From an uncultured Gammaproteobacteria bacterium (GTDB lineage Bacteria; Patescibacteriota; Microgenomatia; Woykebacterales; RBG-16-39-9b), in assembly GCA_964643435.1 (NCBI GenBank), contig CAZXPY010000003.1, positions 20,344-84,343 on the forward strand: a stretch of 64,000 nucleotides of DNA. Direction: 5' to 3'. The notes beneath the pieces are model-generated. The model saw only the letters and a program-made list of their open reading frames with translations. It did no database searches and was not told where the DNA came from. Position numbers and translations under genes: made by a program. The stretch's first letter is position 1, and every line of letters starts with the position of its first letter. This document shows positions 59,042 through 64,000 of the stretch, piece after piece.

Positions 59042-60139
59042 ATGGCTAGTAAATATGATTATTATGAGGTTTTAGGAGTTTCGAAAACTGCTTCTAGTGA
59101 TGAAATAAAAAAGGCTTATCGGAATTTGGCGCGGAAACATCATCCAGATGTTGATAAAAGTGCTGGCGCCGAAGGGCGTTTTAAAGAAATAAACGAAGCC
59201 TACCAAGTTTTAGCCGATTCCCAAAAACGGGAGGCTTATGATCGTTTTGGTCACGCCGCATTTGAACCCGGCGGTAGCCACGGCGCAGCCGGGGGCGGAT
59301 TTCGGGTGGAGTATGGACCTGGGGTAGAATTTGACTTTGATTTTGGTCCTTTCCGGGATCCATTTGATATTTTTGAAGAATTTTTTGGTTTTCGCTCTCC
59401 CTTTAAGCGGCAAGCCACTCGTGGTCCCAGAAAAGGGGAAAACCTACATTTTGAACTAACTCTTTCTTTTGAAGATGCTGCTTTTGGGGTTGAGAGAAGA
59501 ATCGAAATTCCACGAGCTGAAACATGCCAAGAGTGTGGTGGAAGTGGTGCCGAAAAAGGATCAAAAAAAATCACTTGCCCAACCTGTCAGGGTCAAGGAA
59601 GAGTATCTCGTTCCACCCAATCGATCTTTGGTGCCTTTATGACTAGCTCCACTTGTCCAAATTGTCAGGGGGAAGGAAGTACGTTTGAGAAAAAATGCCG
59701 TAGATGTAAGGGTTCTGGAAGAACCCAATCAATAAAAGAGACTACTATTAAGGTACCTTCTGGAGTTGATGATGGCGATACCATTAGGTTTCAAGGCCTT
59801 GGAGAAGCTGGTGAAAAAGGCGGGATTTATGGTGATCTTTACTTGAATGTAAGAGTTCTACCTCATAAATTTTTCAAAAGAGCTGGCTACGATATTTATT
59901 TGGAACAGCCGATCTCCTTTACCCAAGTTGCGCTGGGGGACGTGATCGAGGTTCCAACCCTAGATAGTAGGGTAAAACTGAAAATTCCTGAAGGGACGCA
60001 AACAAATACAGAATTTAGGCTGACTGGTAAGGGAATCAAACATGGGAATTCTCGTGGCGATCAATACGTTCGCGTCAATGTAGTTACTCCTAAACACCTC
60101 ACCCAAAAACAAAAAGAAGCTTTAAGAGAGTTAGAATAG
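59042..60139 (+). CDS. dnaJ: Chaperone DnaJ
   Basis: DYYEVLGV, HPD, G/F region, four CxxCxGxG. Confidence 0.97.
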   Translation: MASKYDYYEVLGVSKTASSDEIKKAYRNLARKHHPDVDKSAGAEGRFKEINEAYQVLADSQKREAYDRFGHAAFEPGGSHGAAGGGFRVEYGPGVEFDFDFGPFRDPFDIFEEFFGFRSPFKRQATRGPRKGENLHFELTLSFEDAAFGVERRIEIPRAETCQECGGSGAEKGSKKITCPTCQGQGRVSRSTQSIFGAFMTSSTCPNCQGEGSTFEKKCRRCKGSGRTQSIKETTIKVPSGVDDGDTIRFQGLGEAGEKGGIYGDLYLNVRVLPHKFFKRAGYDIYLEQPISFTQVALGDVIEVPTLDSRVKLKIPEGTQTNTEFRLTGKGIKHGNSRGDQYVRVNVVTPKHLTQKQKEALRELE

Positions 60140-60209
60140 AGAATTTGTTCAAGGATTGACCTTATATTCCTTAAGTGCTAATATTTGCCTAGGATTTTAA
60201 ATAAGCGTT

Positions 60210-60236
60210 AAAGTGGGAATAAAATCCCACTTTTTT
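60210..60236 (+). promoter_or_regulatory. Leader hairpin/attenuator upstream of nusA
   Basis: AAAGTGGGA/TCCCACTTT stem plus T-run between the promoter (TTGACC...TAATAT) and the nusA SD. Confidence 0.6.
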
Positions 60237-60251
60237 AATAGTAGGAGTAAT

Positions 60252-61331
60252 ATGGCATCAAGAACAGAATTTGCAGCTGCTTTGAATCAAGCCGCCTCCG
60301 AACGAGGCGTTGAACCAGAGGAAGTTTTAAATATTATTAAGGAAGCAATAAAAGCTGCTTATCGTAAAGATTTTGGCGGTGAAATCGAATCGTTGTCGGT
60401 TGAGTTAGACAATGAAACCGGTGAAGCGAAAGTTTACAAAGATGATAAGGATGTAACTCCAGTTGGGTTTGGGAGAATTGCAGCCCAAACTGCAAAACAA
60501 GTACTTCTGCAGCGTATTCGCGAAGCAGAAAAAGGAGCTATTATTTCCGAGTTTGAAAAAAAGATAGGAACCGTAATCAACGGGATGATTCAAAGAATTG
60601 AAGGACCAAATATTGTGGTAGATTTGGGTAAAACTGAAGGAATTTTACCTCAAGGAGAGCAGACTCCAAGCGAAAACTATAACCTAAATCAAAGAATGAA
60701 GTTTTTTATAGCCGCAATAAAGGAATCCCCTCGAGGCAATGAGATTATCGTCTCTCGTTCTAACAAAGGATTAGTAGAAGGTCTTTTTAAATTGGAAGTT
60801 CCCGAAGTTGGGTCTGGGATAGTCGAAATTAAAGCAATGGCAAGAGAATCTGGTGCTAGAACCAAAGTAGCCGTGGTTTCCAAACAAGCAGGTGTAGACC
60901 CAGTTGGTAGTTGTGTTGGTCAAAAAGGAGTTAGAGTACAGGCGGTAATTGCTGAGCTGGGAAATGAAAAAATTGATGTGATTTCTTACAGCGATGATCC
61001 CGCAAAATTCGTTGCGGCCAGTCTCTCACCAGCTAAGGTTGATAAGGTTAGGATTCAGGAAAGCACTAAGACAGCTTTAGTTGAAGTTCCTGAAGATCAG
61101 CTTTCTTTAGCGATAGGAAAAGATGGCCAAAACGTTCGTTTAGCGGCTAAATTGACAGGCTGGAGAATTGATATAAAAGGAGCCGAAGGTTTGGTGAAGG
61201 AAGAGACGGAAATTAAAGAAAAGAAAACTAAAAAACCGGTTAAAATTAAAAAAACGAAATCTAAAAAGAAGGTAAAAGATGGAGACTCAAACCCTAAAAA
61301 AGGAAGTAGAAGTAAAAAAACTAAATCCTAA
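60252..61331 (+). CDS. nusA: Transcription factor NusA
   Basis: FGRIAAQTAKQV, LEVPEV, DPVGSCVG..G.RV, AIGKDGQNVRLA; AGGAG SD before ATG 60252. Confidence 0.97.
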   Translation: MASRTEFAAALNQAASERGVEPEEVLNIIKEAIKAAYRKDFGGEIESLSVELDNETGEAKVYKDDKDVTPVGFGRIAAQTAKQVLLQRIREAEKGAIISEFEKKIGTVINGMIQRIEGPNIVVDLGKTEGILPQGEQTPSENYNLNQRMKFFIAAIKESPRGNEIIVSRSNKGLVEGLFKLEVPEVGSGIVEIKAMARESGARTKVAVVSKQAGVDPVGSCVGQKGVRVQAVIAELGNEKIDVISYSDDPAKFVAASLSPAKVDKVRIQESTKTALVEVPEDQLSLAIGKDGQNVRLAAKLTGWRIDIKGAEGLVKEETEIKEKKTKKPVKIKKTKSKKKVKDGDSNPKKGSRSKKTKS

Positions 61332-62754
61332 ACCGCCAGTGATCACAATTTTAGGTCATGTTGATCATGGCAAAACTTCTGTTTTAGATGCAATAAAAGG
61401 CACAAAAATAGCTGAAAAAGAATACGGCGGAATTACTCAGCATACCAGGGCTTTTCAGGTAGAGTATAAAGGTAGGAAGTTGACGTTTATTGATACCCCA
61501 GGACATGAAGCCTTTAAAGAAATGCGTTCCCGAGGAGCGAAAATTGGAGACGTCGCTCTTTTAGTGGTTTCGGCAACTGATGGAGTAATGCCTCAAACAA
61601 AGGAATCCATTAACTATATTAAAGAATCAGAAATAAAAGCAGTGGTGGCGATTAACAAAATAGACTTACCAGAAGCAGATCCCAAAAGGGTAAAGGAACA
61701 GTTAACCAAAGAGGGAATAGCGGTTGAAGGTTATGGTGGAGATATTGTTTGCGCTGAAATTTCCGCAAAAACCGGCAAGGGAATCGAAGAATTATTAGAT
61801 TTATTACTTTTAGTTTATGATCTTGAGGAACAAAAAACAGATTTTGGAGAACCTACCGCCATCGTCCTAGAATCTTATTTAGACAAATCTCGTGGTCCGG
61901 TTGCTTTATTATTAATTCAAAAAGGAGTTTTGAAATTAGGAAACGATGTTTCAGTAGGTAGGGTAAGAGGAAGAATCCGCTCGTTAATAAGTAGCGATGG
62001 AAAAAACCTGAAAGAAGCGCCACAATCTACGCCAGTTGAAACAACCGGTCTTGAAGAGTTACCAGGGGTTGGTGAAACTTTAACTTTATTTAGAGAAGAT
62101 ACCACAGAGTTAGAAGAAGTAGAAAAAAGGTTGCCAAAATTGGCGTTCGGTGAAAACTTTCTTGATAAAAATGAACTTCGTTTAGTCCTTAAGAGTGATA
62201 CAATCGGTACTCTTGAAGCAATCGATAGCTTGGTTGTGAATTTAGGGGAAGGCCGAAAAATAAAGATTATAAATTCAGGGGTCGGCGATATATCCGAATC
62301 CGATGTTCTACTAGCCTCATCAACTAAATCAATTCTCTTAGGGTTTAACGTAAAAGTTTCAGAATCAGTAAAGAAACTAGCCGAAAATGAAAATGTTTAT
62401 TTAAAAATTTATCAATTAATCTACGAACTTATAGATGAATTAAGAGATGCAGTTAGTTTTGTGGAAGAAAAAGAAGTCGAAATATTAGGTAGAGCTTTGG
62501 TTTCTACTACCTTTGAAACAAAAGATGGTTTAATAGCTGGATGCCAAGTTAAATTAGGAACCATTTCTTTAGGCGATATTGGTTATGTTAGGCGCGGGGA
62601 AAAAATTATTGGTAAAGGTAAAATAGTCTCTTTAAAACAGAAAAAAACCTCAATTGAGGAATGTTCTAAGGGAGAGGAATGTGGATTATTTTTAGAGCCA
62701 AAAATCCAGTTTGCAACCGGTGATATAATAGAAACCCATGGATCCGAAAAATAG
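61279..62754 (+). CDS. infB: Translation initiation factor IF-2 (no N-terminal domain)
   Basis: GHVDHGKT, GGITQH, DTPGHEAF, DGVMPQT, NKID, ECG. Confidence 0.96.
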   Translation: METQTLKKEVEVKKLNPKPPVITILGHVDHGKTSVLDAIKGTKIAEKEYGGITQHTRAFQVEYKGRKLTFIDTPGHEAFKEMRSRGAKIGDVALLVVSATDGVMPQTKESINYIKESEIKAVVAINKIDLPEADPKRVKEQLTKEGIAVEGYGGDIVCAEISAKTGKGIEELLDLLLLVYDLEEQKTDFGEPTAIVLESYLDKSRGPVALLLIQKGVLKLGNDVSVGRVRGRIRSLISSDGKNLKEAPQSTPVETTGLEELPGVGETLTLFREDTTELEEVEKRLPKLAFGENFLDKNELRLVLKSDTIGTLEAIDSLVVNLGEGRKIKIINSGVGDISESDVLLASSTKSILLGFNVKVSESVKKLAENENVYLKIYQLIYELIDELRDAVSFVEEKEVEILGRALVSTTFETKDGLIAGCQVKLGTISLGDIGYVRRGEKIIGKGKIVSLKQKKTSIEECSKGEECGLFLEPKIQFATGDIIETHGSEK

Positions 62755-63664
62755 CCTAGAATCTAAAAAAATAATTGATAAAGCCCAAAAAATACTTCTA
62801 GTCACCAACCACCAACCCTCCATTGATAGTGTCTGTTCAATACTAGGGCTTTATGAAATTTTTAATAGTCTAGGTAAAGAAGTTGAGGCTTATTGTCCGG
62901 GGGAAGTAACAACGACAAGAGGCCTACCTAACTTTGAAAAAATTAAAAAAACCTTAAGTCCCCCCGATCTTATTATTTCTTTTGATTATATTAAAAATAA
63001 TGTTGATAAAATAAATTACAAAATCGAAGATAGTTATTTTAGTTTGATTTTAACTAGTAAAGTAGGAATAATAAATACTGAACAAATTAAGTACTCTTAT
63101 ACCGGTATCTTCGATATAATTATTTCAATAGGAGAGCCTAATATAGGTTTTTTGAGTAATAAAAATTATCAAGAACAACTTCTTTACTCATCTACGCCTA
63201 TTTTGAGCATAAGTAATCATCCAGAAACTCAAGAATTCGGTACCTTCACTATCGTTAATAAAAATGCTAGCACAAACACTGAATTAGTCGTGGGATTCTT
63301 AAAGGAGTTGGGGATTAAACTAAACACCAGAAGTGCTTACTGTTTTTTAGTCGGGTTGAAAGGTGGGAGTGAAGATTTCTCCAGAGCAAAAGCAGATACT
63401 TTTGAAGCAGCAAGTTGGTGCATGAGACTTATTGAAATTGAAAAGGAAAAAGTTTTGGCCGGTGAAGTAGATATACAGCCTCCCTTAGAGAAAAAGAGGG
63501 AAGAGCCTGAAATTGAGGCCCCTAATGACTTCAAAGGGCCCATTCCTAAAAATGAGGAGATGGGGGAAGAGGAATTATCAGAAAAGAAAAAAACAGCACC
63601 AGATAAATCTTGGTTTTTGCCTAAAATTTTTAAGAGTTCTGGTGGAAAAAGATCACATTCTTAA
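62738..63664 (+). CDS. Degenerate DHH/NrnA-like protein
   Basis: H..P..D, NH, AS..E pattern after infB; catalytic DHH not intact. Confidence 0.65.
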   Translation: MDPKNSLESKKIIDKAQKILLVTNHQPSIDSVCSILGLYEIFNSLGKEVEAYCPGEVTTTRGLPNFEKIKKTLSPPDLIISFDYIKNNVDKINYKIEDSYFSLILTSKVGIINTEQIKYSYTGIFDIIISIGEPNIGFLSNKNYQEQLLYSSTPILSISNHPETQEFGTFTIVNKNASTNTELVVGFLKELGIKLNTRSAYCFLVGLKGGSEDFSRAKADTFEAASWCMRLIEIEKEKVLAGEVDIQPPLEKKREEPEIEAPNDFKGPIPKNEEMGEEELSEKKKTAPDKSWFLPKIFKSSGGKRSHS

Positions 63665-63707
63665 GATTTGATTAAACAAAGCCTACTCTGCTATACTTTA
63701 AGCAGTT

Positions 63708-63977
63708 ATGGCGCTGCAAAAGGAAGAAAAGCAGAAAATACTTAAAGATTTTGCCCAACACGAGGGTGATACCGGTTCTCCAGAAGTTCAAACTGCATTG
63801 TTAAGCGAAAGAATAAAGAAATTAACAGAGCACTTAAAGCTTCACAAACAAGATACGCATTCGAGAAGGGGATTATTACAAATGGTAAACAAGAGGAGAA
63901 GGATATTGCTTTATTTAACAAAAAAAGACCCTGATCGTTATAAGTCAATTGTTGAAAAATTGGGATTAAGTAAATAA
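63708..63977 (+). CDS. rpsO: 30S ribosomal protein S15
   Basis: [18 protein letters not shown]. Confidence 0.97.
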   Translation: MALQKEEKQKILKDFAQHEGDTGSPEVQTALLSERIKKLTEHLKLHKQDTHSRRGLLQMVNKRRRILLYLTKKDPDRYKSIVEKLGLSK

Positions 63978-64000
63978 ACACAACAATTGCCTTGCGCTTC

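Overview
AT-rich core chromosome segment whose gene content and compact proteins (short ValS, IF2, HolA, HrcA; VirB4-like ATPase; PilN/PilO) suggest a Patescibacteria/CPR bacterium, probably Microgenomates (inference). It spans the replication origin (recF-dnaN-oriC-dnaA / rpmH-rnpA-yidD-yidC-jag), cell-envelope and glycosylation genes, groESL, tRNA-Cys, two UvrD helicases, pgk-tpiA, lepA, hrcA-grpE-dnaK-dnaJ and nusA-infB-rpsO. The most unusual signals lie between genes: (1) several free-standing promoter-to-terminator units share an extra motif (CYTVTAR) just upstream of the -35 box; two carry no ORF and fold by eye into two-domain pseudoknotted RNAs (22635-22962, 54221-54497), the others carry unannotated small or orphan proteins with strong SD sequences; (2) dnaN has an in-frame TGA although TGA is a stop elsewhere; (3) small REP-like palindromes and 7-mer tandem repeats occur in intergenic regions and in frame within valS and both helicases; (4) an 18-codon upstream ORF repeats the dnaK start. 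All RNA structures were paired by hand and no database searches were run.
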